DNA of 63,607 bases, the filler included, from Octopus bimaculoides (lineage: Eukaryota), in assembly GCF_001194135.2 (NCBI RefSeq). It is 5 parts of 4 records of this genome, joined end to end, with 100 filler letters (N's around TTAATTAATTAA, not from the genome) between each part and the next. Parts side by side here need not be neighbours in the genome. Positions count along the whole stretch, not along the records: positions 30,182 to 48,766 come from NC_068981.1; positions 48,867 to 57,525 come from NC_069010.1; 3 more parts are not named here. One strand, given 5' to 3'. The notes under the pieces are model-generated. The model saw nothing but the letters and a program-made list of their open reading frames with translations, did not search any database and was not told the DNA's origin. Every line of letters starts with the position of its first letter. The stretch's first letter is position 1. Shown piece by piece: positions 40,887 through 54,004 of the stretch. Made by a program: the position numbers and the translations under genes.

Positions 40887-41613
40887 TATGTATACACACA
40901 CACATGCATGTATGTACATGTGATTGTTGTATACAAGTGTTATTCATTTCCAGTATTTTGTGAAAACATGTCTGGCCATGGGGCAATATCAACCTGCTTG
41001 GAAACAAGTAAGGGCTGGTGGCAGAAAGGGTGTCTGACCATAGCAAATCACCCTCAATAAACTAGCATGGAAAAGTGGATGTTGAAATGATGATGAGGAT
41101 AATAATAATAATAATGATGGTTAGGAAAACACCACCAAGCCGATTCCTTTGCTATCTATCACTCACTCTCAAAATTACTCCTATTCTGTTAGTGCTGCAT
41201 TAGTTTCTATTTTATTTTTTGTAGTTCTTCACAGAATTGTTTGGGATTAGTGTTGAACTGTTAATTTTGTTCTGAGAATTGTTGGAATGATGGATTCTTT
41301 ACAATTTAGCAAGGTTCTCTTATTTCAGATGTATTTTTATTTCAAACACTTTTTTTTTAATGTTAAACCTCAGCAGTATTTATCTTGCTTTCCATTCTTT
41401 TTACAGCTGTGTATTTTTATTATTGATTTCACTGATAATTGAGAGAGTGTTTATTTTCTATCTTTCTTTTTTGAATGTTTGTTTGTTATGTTGTTTGCTT
41501 GTGTTTTGATAATCCTATACGTGTTACTTTGAAAGGGTGTCCTTTTTTTCTTTACAACTACTATCTCTCCTGCTGCTGCTGAACGTAGGTTATGAATCTC
41601 CTTCGGCTCTTAA

Positions 41614-42208
41614 CCGTTTAGTGTTCACATTAACCTGCCAGATGCAATGCTTATGCGTTCACATTGTTTTATGAATTAATCATACATTGTCTCATAGCTT
41701 TGGAATTTCAATGACGTGATTGTTTCATCATCATTATCATCGTCACCGTCGTTTAACGTCTGCTTGCCATGCTAGCATGGGTTGGACGATTTGACTGAGG
41801 ACTGGTGAACCAGATGGCTGCATCAGGTTCCAATCTGATCTGGCAGAGTTTCTACAGCTGGATGCCCTTCCTAACACCAACCACTCCAAGATTGTAGTGG
41901 GTGCTTTTACATGCCACCGGCACGAAGGCCAGTCAGGAGGTACTGGCAACGGCCACACTCGAAATGGTGTATTTTATGTGCCACCCGCATAAGAGCCAGT
42001 CCAGTGGTACTGGCAATGAACTCGCTCGAATGTCTTTTCACGTGCCAGGAAGGCGACATTGGTAACGATCACGCTCAAATGGTGCTATTTACGTGTTTAT
42101 TTTTAGAATTACATTGTAGGGTGGGTGTGAGAGGCCAGATCTGGCCACTTTCAACATAAATCAAGTAGAATATTTGGGCCAGATATGGCCAGTCTAAATG
42201 CTAATGGG
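41614..42208. mobile_element. piggyBac-type MITE interrupted by an RTE tail
   Basis: TTAA|ccgtttagtgtt ... aatgctaatggg|TTAA. Confidence 0.6.
41726..42095 (-). mobile_element. RTE 3' tail nested inside a piggyBac-type MITE
   Basis: catcatc...gtttaacgtctgcttgccatgctagcatgggttggacg...gatgcccttcctaacaccaacc; it splits the MITE at 41614-42208. Confidence 0.8.
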
Positions 42209-42544
42209 TTAAAAAAGGAACCTTATCATCTTGATAATGGAAGGGCTCACTAGATGTAGTCTTAGAATAAGTAATGAGAAAAGAAATAAATAAAAACTCA
42301 AGTTCAGGGATGTGTCCAATAAGGGTTAAACAACCACATCTGATTCATTTCAATGTTTTACAGAATCAAAACAAGTTAACTAAGAAGAAGGGTGGGGACA
42401 TTTTTATTTCAAACTCTTTGTCTTTCTGCTGCCAAGATCAAACACGGTGGGGTGGTGGGTATAAAATTAAAAATGTCTGTTAATTATTTAATTAGAAAAT
42501 GAATAGTACATAAATCTAATGAAAATATATAAAACATTATAGGT

Positions 42545-42840
42545 ACAGGTGCGGTTCTGTGGTGAGAAGGTGTGTAGCAACTTGGGCAAGTGTCTTCTGT
42601 TATAGCCTCAGATCAATCTAAACCTTGTGAGTGGGTTTGGTAGATGGAAACTGAAAGAAGCCTGACATATGTGAGAGTGTGTCTGTGTGTGTATGTGTGC
42701 GCATATGCGTGCATGTGCATGCATGTGTGTCTTAGTGTTTTCCCTCACCACCACCTGACAACAGGTATTGGTTTGTTTACATCCTTGTAACTTGATAGTT
42801 TGGCAAAAGAGACCAATAGAATAAATACCAAGCTTAGGAG
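42545..42840 (+). mobile_element. Dominant SINE copy
   Basis: cttgggcaagtgtcttct...gatggaaactgaaagaagcc...gcaaaagagaccaatagaataaatac. Confidence 0.75.
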
Positions 42841-44503
42841 TAATCTTTAGTACGAGAGGAAACGAGAGGGTTGGTACTAAAATAACTTACTGCCTAAATT
42901 TCTGAGATGAATTCTTGTCAATTAGATTATGATTTTACATACTATTAACTTCATATTTTGAGATGAACCATTAAAAAAAATAGTTACATTGATACTCCTT
43001 TGATTTTGTTTGTTCTATGATCCTCAGGAGGTATGGGATCTTCTTTGTGTACATAGAACTTGCTCAGATTTGAACTAGGAACCTTCATATCTAAACTAAG
43101 GATTGTAATATGTTCACCCACATGGCCACAGCAGTAAGGCACATGGAGTTTAAAAATGTGTGTATGCCATCTTCATTATCATTATCATCATCACCACCAT
43201 TGTCATCACCATCAGATTTCCTGTGGCTGGATGCTCTTCTCTTGCTTGTTTCCGAGCAAAGTAATATACTTCCATGGCTAGGCATATCTTTTTACAGAAG
43301 ACTGGAGATGAACAACACCACTTGTACAATGGTTATGCTTGTTTACAACCATCACATGATATCAAGACAAAGTTACTCCACTTAAGTGTGTATGTGTATA
43401 TATATATTATATACACACACAATGGGCTTCTCTCAGTTTCCATCTACCAAATCTACTCTCAAGGGTTTGTTGGCCCAGGGCTATTGTAGAAGACACTTAG
43501 CCAAGGTGCCTTGCAGTGGGACACCTTGACCACTGTATGTTGGTGTGTCAACATATGTGTGTGCGTGCATGCATATACACACACACACATACATACGCAT
43601 ATAGGTTTGGTAATACAAACTAGGAAACTAGAACTTGAAACATGAGTATATNNNNNNNNNNNNNNNNNNNNNNNNNNNNNNNNNNNNNNNNNNNNNNNNN
43701 NNNNNNNNNNNNNNNNNNNNNNNNNNNNNNNNNNNNNNNNNNNNNNNNNNNNNNNNNNNNNNNNNNNNNNNNNNNNNNNNNNNNNNNNNNNNNNNNNNNN
43801 NNNNNNNNNNNNNNNNNNNNNNNNNNNNNNNNNNNNNNNNNNNNNNNNNNNNNNNNNNNNNNNNNNNNNNNNNNNNNNNNNNNNNNNNNNNNNNNNNNNN
43901 NNNNNNNNNNNNNNNNNNNNNNNNNNNNNNNNNNNNNNNNNNNNNNNNNNNNNNNNNNNNNNNNNNNNNNNNNNNNNNNNNNNNNNNNNNNNNNNNNNNN
44001 NNNNNNNNNNNNNNNNNNNNNNNNNNNNNNNNNNNNNNNNNNNNNNNNNNNNNNNNNNNNNNNNNNNNNNNNNNNNNNNNNNNNNNNNNNNNNNNNNNNN
44101 NNNNNNNNNNNNNNNNNNNNNNNNNNNNNNNNNNNNNNNNNNNNNNNNNNNNNNNNNNNNNNNNNNNNNNNNNNNNNNNNNNNNNNNNNNNNNNNNNNNN
44201 NNNNNNNNNNNNNNNNNNNNNNNNNNNNNNNNNNNNNNNNNNNNNNNNNNNNNNNNNNNNNNNNNNNNNNNNNNNNNNNNNNNNNNNNNNNNNNNNNNNN
44301 NNNNNNNNNNNNNNNNNNNNNNNNNNNNNNNNNNNNNNNNNNNNNNNNNNNNNNNNNNNNNNNNNNNNNNNNNNNNNNNNNNNNNNNNNNNNNNNNNNNN
44401 NNNNNNNNNNNNNNNNNNNNNNNNNNNNNNNNNNNNNNNNNNNNNNNNNNNNNNNNNNNNNNNNNNNNNNNNNNNNNNNNNNNNNNNNNNNNNNNNNNNN
44501 NNN

Positions 44504-45912
44504 GTGTCTTTTTCGTGCCACCTGCTCAGGAGCCAGTCCAGCAGCACTGGCAACGACCTCACTCGGACGGTGCTCTTAGCACTCCACCATCACAGATGCC
44601 GGTCATGTGGTGCTGTCATCGAATTTGATTTTGATTTCACTTGCCTCAGCAGGTCTTCGCAAGCAGAGTTTAGTGTCCAATGAAGGAAAGGTATGCATAA
44701 GTGGGCTGGTTACACCACTTGCATAGGCCACAGGTTATGGTCTCACTTGGCTTGCCGGGCCTTCTCAAGCACAGCATATTTCCAAAGGTCTCGGTCACTA
44801 GGCATTGCCTCGGTGAGGCCTAATGTTCGAAGGTCATGCTTCACCACCTTATCCCGGGTCGTCCTGGTCTACCTTTTCCACAGGTTCCTTCAACCATTAG
44901 GGTGTCACACTTTTTCACACAGCTTTCCTCATCCATTCTCACCACATGACCATACCAGCACAGTCGTTTCTCTTCCATACCACATCTGATGCTTCTTAGG
45001 TCCAACGTTTCTCTCAAGGGATTTACACTCCGTCGAGTATGCACACTGACATTACACATCCAGCAGATCATACTGGCTTCATTCCTTGCAAGCTTACACA
45101 TATCCTCAGCAGTCATGGCCCATGTTTCACTGCCATGTAGCATGGCTGTTCGTACACGTGTCACCTTTTACTCTTAGTGAGAGGCCCTTTGTCACCAGCA
45201 TAGGTAGGAGCTCTCTGAACTTTGCCCAGGCTATTCTTCTTCTAGCAGCTACACTTTCAGAGCACCCACCCCTGCTACTGACTTGGTCACCTAGGTAACG
45301 GAAGCTATCAACTATTTCTGGTTTTTCTCCCTGGAATGTGGTAGAAATTGTTCTCTGTACATTTTCAAGCATTTATTGCACCTGAGCATCTGCCACATAC
45401 AAAAACTAACTTTCTAGTTAGCCTTCCTTTGATATTGCTGCACCACTTATGTGTCCATAGCTTACACTGGGTACATCTTATAGAGTTTCTACCTACGCAT
45501 TTTCTACAGATCGAGCAGGGCCATCTACCTGAAAGGATTTGTGGTTTGTCTGCCTTTCTACTTATTAAGACTTTGGTTTTAGCTAGGTTGACTCTGAGGC
45601 CCTTTGATTCTAATCCTTGTTTCCACACCTGAAACTTCTCCTCTAGTTCTAATAGTGACTCAGCAATTAGAGCAAGGTCATCAGCATAGAGGTGCTCTCA
45701 GGGGCATCCTGTCTTGAACTCCTCTGTTATTGCCTGGAGGACTATGATAAATAGGAGGGGGCTGAGGACTGAACCTTGGTGGACCCCAACCTCTACCCGG
45801 AGTTCTTCACTGTACTCGTTGTCAACCCTCACCTTACTGACAGCGTCTCTGTACATGGCTTGCACAGCTCTCACTAACCATTCTTTTATCCCTCGTTTCC
45901 TCATTGACCACC
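44504..45912 (-). mobile_element. RTE-clade LINE, 5'-truncated (RT C-half with PHD-like finger, 3'UTR)
   Basis: VGVHQGSVLSPLLF, LYADDL, GRWPCSICRKCVGRNSIRCTQCKLWTHKWCS...CGRC, VDSFRYLGDQ, RTAMLHGSETW and WYGHVVRM. Same family as 30440-33750. Confidence 0.9.
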
Positions 45913-45926
45913 GGATAAGGTATGTA

Positions 45927-46447
45927 TTAGGATGAGGAAAAAGTTTGTGCACTGAACTTGTGTGTGCTGAATGGTCACGCCTTCAATGCTGAACTTTACT
46001 GTGAGCAACTTGATTGAGTCTATGATGTGCTGGTTGAAAAGTACCCATGACTTGTTTGTTGAAAACACACTGTGTTTCAACAAGACAATGTAAAGCCACA
46101 TACTGCCAGAAAGACCAGCAACAAGAGTGAAGAATTGGATGGTGTGGAAGTTCTTCTGCATCCAGCCTATAGTCCAGACATTGCTCCATATGATTACAGT
46201 CTCTTCTCATCAATGTAGCACTTTATGAAAGGTCACCGATTTGAGTCATTCGGTGAAGTTGAAAAAGGCTGTCAAGAATTTTTCGATTCAAAGCCAAAGG
46301 AGTGGTACTTTGACCAAATCCGAAAGTTTGCAGATTGTTAGCAGAAGGTCATGGAAAATGATGATCATTATTTTGAAGAATAGTTGTTATTGTTTTTGAA
46401 TAAATTCTTTGTTTTAACATGGTGCACAAACTTTTTCCTCAACCTAG
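45927..46447 (+). mobile_element. Internally deleted mariner transposon
   Basis: TIRs ttaggatgaggaaaaagtttgtgcac / gtgcacaaactttttcctcaacctag with TA on both sides. Transposase C-terminus FQQDNVKPH...HPAYSPDIAPYDY...QKVMENDDHYFEE*. Confidence 0.9.
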
Positions 46448-46533
46448 TATTATTCGCAAAAAATACTAGGCAATGAGCTAGTAAATCATTAGATATTACT
46501 GTCCCTTAATGAGGCTATTTTAACCTCTAATTG

Positions 46534-46573
<40 letters not shown>

Positions 46574-47489
46574 CAGTAGAAGTTACAGTGACTCAGGGAC
46601 TAAGAGTTTCATGTATTGTTACTTATCCAAGTGCCAACATATAAGACTCTTGGCTTTGGAGTCACTTTGCAACTCCCACCACATGCTTGGGAAGCAGGCT
46701 TCTTAACATCATAGCCATGCCTATGCCTGATGTCGATGTTTATGATTTTAGTCCTTCACCTTTGAACTGAATGTATTACCTTTGTCTCCAGGATGATTTA
46801 TTTATGCTGTGTAGTGGTACATCATACAGCAACTCATCTAGTCGTCTTTTTTGGAGAAAATACGAGATTAACAATCCTTAAAATTACACACAACTAAATA
46901 GATTAATGCTTTATTTCCTTTATGTGTAATCAAATTTTCCTAATGAACTTCTGCTTGTTATTTTCTAGTTCCTAATTAAATATTTCATTTCTGTAAAAAA
47001 AATTAATTGAAGGAAAAGATAAAGGAAAAATGAAACCAAGGAAATGACTGATTTAATATTATTTATGGCAATATGAATAAATTCAATAAGATTACTTCTC
47101 ATTGCTTCTTCAGTCTGTATCTGAATGTGCGAGCGTCTGTGTTTACATTTGTGTGTTCATGTTTATCTTTCTCTCACTCAATGCCATCCCCACCCCATTT
47201 CATATATCATCATCATTATCATCACTGCCACCATCATCACCATTATGATCATGATCCTCACTAACATCATCGGCATTATCATTTCAATGCTTGCATGGGT
47301 CAGATGAAATGTGTTGAAGCATATTTTCTACAGCTCGATGCCCTTCCTGTTGCTAACCTTCGCCATGTGAATAAGAATCAAGCTTCTGACCACACAGCCA
47401 TGCATGCACCTCTATAAGATTTAAGCAGATCAGTCACAAAATGCCAAAACCCAGCTTCTATACAGTTTATGCCTGCCCAATTTTTTCAT

Positions 47490-47935
47490 CATCATCATCA
47501 GCATCCTTTAATGTCTGTTTCCTTGCTGGTATGGGTTGGATGCTTTGACCAGAACTGGCAAGTTGGAAAACTGCACCAGATTCCAGTCTGATTTGGCCTG
47601 GTTTCTTAGGTTAGATACTCTTTCTAACGCCAGCCACTTTACGGTATGCACTGGGTGCTTTTAATGTGCCACCAACGCGAATGCTTTTACATGGCACCAA
47701 CACAAATGCTCTTTTGCGGCACCAGCATAAGACTCTTGTAGACCAATCCTCTCCACCAAGGGATATGGCCTGAACACTTCTTCTGTGGAGGAAAAATCTT
47801 GAGTACAGCAAGGTTACCAGTTATCTAGGTCCTTTGCCATCTCGTCCACAAGGTTCAGCATCCTGAGGTCATCCTTCAGTATTTCATCCCATGTCTTCTT
47901 GGGTCTCCCTCTTCTGTGAGTTTCATCCACTTTGA
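47490..47935 (-). mobile_element. Older RTE LINE 3' fragment
   Basis: (cat)n followed by a degenerate RTE tail and ORF end (ccatgtcttcttgggtctccctctt = PRKTW-like). Confidence 0.7.
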
Positions 47936-48500
47936 GTAAAAGGCACTTCTTTATGGAGCTGTTGGCATCCATCTGCAACACATGACAAAACCAGCACAGC
48001 TATGATACAAACATTGTGATTGTAAAGTAAACATTTTAACTATTTGGCCATACTGCACCAATGCGCGCGCACACGCGCGCACACACACACACACACCTGC
48101 AGGCATGGTTTTGTGGTTAAGAAGTTTGTTTTGCACCTAACAACCATATGGCTTCAGATACAGCCCCACTGATGACATTTTAGGCAAGGGTCTTAATGCT
48201 AGGCTTTGTGAATGTGTCGGGTCGATGGAAATGCATGAAGGCCTCTAATGTGTATAAGTGTGTGCATATGTATGTATGTATGTGTGTATGTGCACATACA
48301 CACACATACACATCATCGTTATCATCATCACTGCTGCTGCTGCCGCCGTCGCTGCCACCACCACCACCAAGCCATCGTTACCACCATCACCGCCATCGTT
48401 ACCACCACCACCACCACTGCTGCTTCCACCATCAGCAGCATGTTTTGCATCTGTTTTTTTCAATGCTAACATGAATGGACAAGACTTTCTGAGGAACTAT

Positions 48501-48764
48501 TGTTATATGGACTGTTAGATATGTAATTCGTCTGACGTTCCGTGTGTCATGTGGTTCGTCTGAGTTCATTGTTTCATTGTTGTTGTCTTGTGGGACTGTC
48601 GTAGTAAAATGTCATTGATATATATATGGCGGACATGACTTTTGTTTATTCATAACGAACATTGGGTGAGTGCGTTCTTTGTATGTAATTGAACAATAAA
48701 TGTAATAATTAAACTGTATAACTCGTTATGTTATCTCTACGAGTCACCCGAGGGAAACATAACA
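48501..48764 (+). mobile_element. Probable solo LTR
   Basis: TGTTAT...ATAACA termini with an internal AATAAA. Preceded by ACTAT and followed by AC then the gap, compatible with a 5-bp TSD of which only 2 nt are visible. Confidence 0.6.
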
Positions 48765-48766
48765 AC

Positions 48767-48866
48767 NNNNNNNNNNNNNNNNNNNNNNNNNNNNNNNNNN
48801 NNNNNNNNNNTTAATTAATTAANNNNNNNNNNNNNNNNNNNNNNNNNNNNNNNNNNNNNNNNNNNN
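48767..48866. other. Artificial scaffolding spacer
   Basis: 44 N + TTAATTAATTAA (48811-48822) + 44 N. Confidence 0.95.
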
Positions 48867-49800
48867 AACACACCAGCATCGGTTGTCAAGCGATGATGGG
48901 AGGACAAACACACATACATATACATATATACGACGGGCTTCTTTCAGTTTCCGTCTACCAAATCCACTCACAAGGCTTTGGTCGGCCCAAGGCTATAGTA
49001 GAAGACACTTGCCCAAGGTGCCACGCAGTGGGACTGAACCCAGAACCATGTGGTTAGTTAGCAAGCTAGTTACCATTCATTCATTTGACTGCGGCCATGC
49101 TGGAGCACCTCCTTTAGTCGAGCAAATCGACCCCAGGACTTATTCTTTGGATGCCTAGTACTTATTCTATCGGTCTCTTTTTGCCGAACCGCTAATGTTA
49201 CGGGGACGTAAACACACCAGCATCAGTTGTCAAGCGATGATGGGAGGACAAACACACACACATATATATATATACATATATACGACAGGCTTCTTTCAGT
49301 TTCCGTCTACCAAATCCACTCACAAGGCTTTGGTCGGCCCGAGGCTATAGTAGAAGACACTTGCCCAAGGTGCCACGCAGTGGGACTGAACCCGGAACTA
49401 TGTGGTTGGTAGGCAAGCTACTTACCACACAGCCACTCCTTAGTCTTACTAATATTGTTAATACGAATCTAGCCGTTGCAGGCCGGCGAGCTGGCAGAAT
49501 TGTCTTTACGTTCTAAGTTCAAATTCGACTGTGGCCATGCTGGAGCACCGCCGTTAATAGAACAAATCAACCCCAGGACTTATTCTCTGTAAGCCTAGTG
49601 CTTATTTCGAAAACTGCCTTAATTTCTGTTAATTTTATTTTTATTGTCTTCCAAATTTTTCATGGTTTTTTTTTTTAAATCGACTCTTTGAAATGTTGTG
49701 TTGAGGGTTTATTTCTTTTAACCTGAAGGTGCCACACAATAGGACTAAACCCTGAACCATGTGCCTAAGAAGCAAGCTTCTTACCATACAGCCACTCCTA
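48867..49800 (-). mobile_element. Array of three head-to-tail young dominant SINEs (one with a Nin-SINE head fragment)
   Basis: Copies at 48867-49075, 49077-49440 and 49525-49800; the first two are nearly identical. Confidence 0.85.
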
Positions 49801-50054
49801 GAAATGATACTCTCCCCTTAATCGGAAATTCACCATAGGCAAACCATGTTATATCTTTTCTATTCTTATAAGATATTCATACAAAGCAGAAAAACTTGTC
49901 AGCAACAAACAATGAGACACGATCTCCCATCCCTTTGATTACCAGTTAAGTACTAATTGCTGCCAAATTTTTCTGCTTTGTATGGATATCTAAGCCAACC
50001 TTTCGTTATATGAGCATTTATGCATTTGAAAATAAACTTTTTATTTCTCTACAT

Positions 50055-50240
50055 TCTGTTATATCCCTTGATCTGGTAGTATCACTTATATCCCTGTTAC
50101 ATATCTTCTGTTATATCCCTTGTTGTGGTAGTATCCCTTATATATCTTCTGTTATATCCCTTGACATAATAGTATCCCTTATATCTCTTCTGTTATATTC
50201 CTTGATGTCGTAGTATCCCATATATCCCTTGTGGTGATAT
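50055..50240 (+). repeat. ~42-bp minisatellite (about 4 units)
   Basis: tctgttatatcccttg..gtagtatcccttatat repeated. Confidence 0.75.
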
Positions 50241-50269
50241 CTCCCTTTGATTCATGTAAACCCCACTTT

Positions 50270-52035
50270 CTTTTATTCTTTTACTTGTTTCAGTCATTTG
50301 ACTGCGGCCATGCTGGAGCACCACCTTTAGTTGAGCAAATCAACCCCAGGACTTATTCTTTGCAAGCCTAGGACTTATTTTATCGGTCTCTTTTGCCGAG
50401 CTGCTAGGTTACAGGGACGTAAACATACCAGCATCGGTTGTCAAGCGATGGTGGTGGGGACATATAGACACACAAATACATACATGTGTCGTCGTCGTCA
50501 TCGTTTAACGTCCGCTTTCCATGCTAGCATGGGTTGGACGATTTGACTGAGGACTGGTGAAACCAGATGGCTACACCAGGCTCCAATCTGATTTGGCAGA
50601 GTTTCTACAGCTGGATGCCCTTCCTAACGCCAACCACTCTGAGAGTGTGTATATATATATGACAGGTTTCTTTCAGCTTCCATCTACTAAATCCGCTAAC
50701 AAGGCTTTGGTCGGCCCAAAGCTATAGCAGAAGACTCTTGTCCAAAGTTCCACACAGTGTTACTGAACAACCCGGAACCGTGTGGTTGGTAAGCATTTTT
50801 TGAGTTTTTGTTTCATCTTTTTCTGTGCTGTAACTCAACCCCTTCGATACTGTCTTCCACGTCTTGGACCCTTAAGGGCAATACAAAAAATCATTATTGT
50901 TAACTCTCTGCCGTACTTGCTAACAATTGAAATCCTATTGCCTGGCCATTGTAGACGGGACGTCGAACAAAATGCTGAAATATCAAAAGTTCAAGATTAC
51001 ACAGTAACAGGGGGGGGAAAAAAAAAAAAAAAAAANNNNNNNNNNNNNNNNNNNNNNNNNNNNNNNNNNNNNNNNNNNNNNNNNNNNNNNNNNNNNNNNN
51101 NNNNNNNNNNNNNNNNNNNNNNNNNNNNNNNNNNNNNNNNNNNNNNNNNNNNNNNNNNNNNNNNNNNNNNNNNNNNNNNNATATATATGCATGTGCATCG
51201 TTTTATTTGTTTCAGTCATTGGACGGCGGCCATTCTGGGGCACCACCGCCCTGAGGGATTTCGTCAAACAAAATAATGACCCCAGGATTCATTTGTTTTG
51301 TTTGTTCGTTATTTTTTTTCCTTCTTCTTCTTCGTTTTTGAAGTCCGGTACTTTTCTGAATGGTTCTCTCACTGGCAAAACCACTGAGTTCACGTGGGAC
51401 GTAAACAAACCAACACAGGTCGTCAAGCGGTGGACGGGGGGGGGGAGGCGAACAGAAACACAAACACAAAAACTCCCATATATACACATGCACGCACTGA
51501 CATGTGCACGTGCACAACAGGCTTCCAGACAGTCCCCATTTGCTAAGTTCATCCACAAGGTATTCATCGGTCAGTCCGCAGCTACTGTAGGGGACACATG
51601 TCCAAAGTGCCATGTGGTAGGACTGACCCCAAGACCACATGGCTGCAAAGCGAACACATTATTCACACAACCATCTATATACAGCCATCCATACATTTAT
51701 ATATATATATTATATATACACATACATACACACACACACATACATACATATACAGACACACATACATATGTATAGACACACATATATATATACACATACA
51801 TATGTATATATATATACATATATATAGATAGACATATAAGTATGTATGTATATATAGACATATGTATATATATATTTAGGTATGTATGTATACACACACA
51901 TATACACGTGGGTGTATATATATGTGTACATACATACACACACACACACATGCGCGCGTGCATCTGTATGAATTCTTAAAACATTGTGACACTGCATTGA
52001 TAATGGCCAGATACATCTATAAACTGCTTGCATGC

Positions 52036-52074
<39 letters not shown>

Positions 52075-52822
52075 TAATAATAATATTGTTCGAATTTTTA
52101 AAACAAAGAATAAATAAATTGAAATATATTTCCTGAACAGTTTTTGTAACATTGCAAGCAAGCTTTTACTATTTTGTGTTTGTGTGTTTGTATGTGTGTG
52201 TGTGTGTGTTCGTCTTGTTTTTCCTCTCTCTCTCTCTTTCTCTTCTTATAAAGAAGCGAACTATTTCTCTTCTGCAGCATAATGACATTGACATTAACAA
52301 GAGGCGTAAAAGGGTTTGAACGACGTAGAAATCTAAACAGAAGTAAATAGTCTCAAGGGAACTATTTTCACACACCAACTCTCTTATGGTCTTTTTTTTT
52401 AATAATACAGTCACTGTATTATTTTGTCTTTTATCTTTTACACTTGTTTCTAGTCATTGTACTGTGGCCATGCTGGGGCACTGCCTTGAATTAAACAAGT
52501 CAATACCAGTACTTTTTATTTGTTGTTTTTTAAAGTCTGGGACATATTCTATTGGTCTTTTTTTTCTGCCAAACCGCTACGTTATGGGGATGTTAACAAA
52601 CCAACACTGGTTCTCAAACAGTGATAGAGAACAAACACAACATACACTCACACACACACGCATATATATATATATAGGGCTTCTACACAGTTTCTCCCCA
52701 ACCAAATTCACTCAAGAGGCTTTGGTTGAGCCAAGGCTATAAGTAGAAGACACTGCCGCACTGTGAGACTGAACTCCGAATCAAATGGTTACAATGTAAG
52801 CTTCATAACCACACAAACAAGC
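50270..52822 (-). mobile_element. Three further dominant SINE copies (50270-50785, 51200-51672, 52430-52822)
   Basis: All show tacttgtttc.agtcatt.ga...gccat.ctgg.gca at the left end and the tRNA head at the right end. Confidence 0.8.
50490..50650 (-). mobile_element. Young RTE 3' tail inserted in the central microsatellite of a SINE
   Basis: catcgtttaacgtccgctttccatgctagcatgggttggacg...gatgcccttcctaacgccaaccactc; near-identical to the copies at 32565, 55775 and 60400. Confidence 0.85.
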
Positions 52823-53374
52823 CAATTATTATTATTATTATTATTATCATTGTTGTTGTTGTTATTATTTTCCATGGACCCCCACCCACCCAAATATTTA
52901 AGTTGGAAACAGAGAGTGGTGGAGGGTAAACAGAAAATTGCCCCAGGATGATGTAGAAAACCAAAAAAAACGACATTCTGTGATTAGAAAACAAAGGCTT
53001 GGAATTATGTTCTGAGGTGGTGGTCATGGTCGTGGTAGTGGTGGTGGTGGTGGGGCAACAACTTGAAGTTGCTGTACTTGTTGTTCTCCCCGACCCCACC
53101 CCTGTCAGTTTCCTTCTAGAAAGTTCTTCTCTCTGCTTGCACACACACACACACTGTTGCGGTTGCACCTGACAACGGTTGCATCCACTGCTATTGTTGC
53201 TGTTGTGGTTGTTGTTGTTGTTGGTGGTGGTGGTGGTGATGGTGTGATGGCTTGTCTTAACCAGAGGTGATGGTCATTGCTAGTTTCTTCTTGCCTGTTG
53301 AAGAGAAAATATTTATTTGTTAATTTTGAAATAATAATAATAATAATTATAATAATAATAATAATAATAATAAT

Positions 53375-53585
53375 CCTTTCTGCTAAAGGTACAAGGCTGG
53401 AAATTTTGTAGGGAGGGGACTAGTTGATTACATCAACCCCCAGTACTCAACTGGTACTTGATTTATCAACCCCCGAAAGGATGAAAGGGAAAGTTGACCT
53501 TGGCAGGATTTGAACTCAGAACATAGCAACACACGAAATACCACTAAGCATTTTGTCCAGCATGCTAGTTATTCTGCTATCTCCC
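53375..53585 (-). mobile_element. Third tRNA-derived SINE family (Nin/Deu-like core)
   Basis: The reverse strand reads ...ctgagttcaaatcctgccaaggtcaactttccctttcatcctttcgggggttgataaatcaagtaccag. Further copies at ~905-1050, 1215-1420 and 14780-14900. Confidence 0.75.
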
Positions 53586-53639
53586 CAACTTCATAATAAT
53601 AATAATAATAATAATAATACTAACATGAAGTAACAGAGA

Positions 53640-54000
53640 ACTGGTATGAGCATGTACCAAGTAAAGTTATGGTAGGAAGATGGGACTATGATTTTTAGAC
53701 GGATTGTGTAATTGAACACCGTCGAATAAGAGAGACAAATACTGTCGGATCATTGATGTAGCCACACCAAATGACATGTTGTGAGTAAAGAGGTTGAAAA
53801 AAATCACCAAGGACTCTGAAGTGAAAGTGGAAATGGCAAGACTGTATGGAATGCGAGAGGGTAATGTAAAAGTGATACCAGTGGTGATTGGAGCTCAGAG
53901 CTCAATTCCATTGAAACTTCAAAACTTCTTAAGGCAACTGGAAATCCCATGCAAGATTGATGTCTTGCAAAAAGCAGCCTTATTGGGCACAGCACACATC
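53640..54000 (+). mobile_element. R4/Dong-like LINE restriction-like endonuclease fragment
   Basis: WYEHVP...WDYDF..D.VIEHRR...IIDVATPND...EMARLYGM..VKVIPVVIGA...LQKAALLGTAHI; ends at a TTAA occupied by a piggyBac MITE. Confidence 0.75.
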
Positions 54001-54004
54001 TTAA

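Noticed and set aside
52268-52310. Acceptor followed by HNDIDINKRRKRV*, a second dibasic motif
   Set aside because: Immediate stop, and it lies on a different scaffold segment from the neuroglian exons.
52953-53306. Strong minus-strand acceptor (tattttctcttcaacag) followed by T/P-rich open frames
   Set aside because: Low-complexity trinucleotide repeats, early stops, no donor and no domain.
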